Assembly (NCBI RefSeq): GCF_001194135.2
Contig: NC_068983.1
Coordinates: 1,929,583-1,993,582 of the forward strand
Origin: Octopus bimaculoides
Lineage: Eukaryota
Length of the DNA: 64,000 nt
Direction of reading: 5' to 3'
Position numbers and translations under genes: made by a program. The number at the start of each line of letters is the position of its first letter. Within the stretch, counting starts at the first letter, position 1. The notes beneath the pieces were generated by a model. The model made no database searches. It was given only the letters and a program-made list of their open reading frames with translations, and had not been told where the DNA came from. This document shows positions 63,951 through 64,000 of the stretch, piece by piece.

Positions 63951-64000
63951 ATATACACGGCGCCAATTACAGCAAAAGTCATTTCCGTGAATGAGCTCCA

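Overview
AT-rich, microsatellite-dense eukaryotic DNA with five N gaps. The repeat families look like those of an Octopus (coleoid cephalopod) draft assembly; this is inferred from recognising the repeats, not from a search. The only convincing host gene is a class A neuropeptide GPCR of the vasopressin/oxytocin-GnRH-CCAP superfamily at ~52.2-53.5 kb (+). Its 7TM region is intronless, it has non-canonical TM6 (W6.48 to L) and TM7 (N7.45 to H) switch residues, and it probably has upstream exons. The rest is mostly decayed mobile DNA: two minus-strand Helitrons with Pif1 helicase remnants (one has both termini and carries a 1.75 kb structured minisatellite), R4/Dong-like RLE LINEs, CR1- and RTE-like LINE pieces, two Tc1/mariner remnants, at least four tRNA-derived SINE families, Penelope-like fragments with hammerhead-ribozyme-type cores, and several fold-back palindromes, one near-perfect with ~235 bp arms. 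Almost all other ORFs in the supplied track are microsatellite or repeat artefacts. All coordinates were read by eye; element boundaries are approximate unless termini are quoted.
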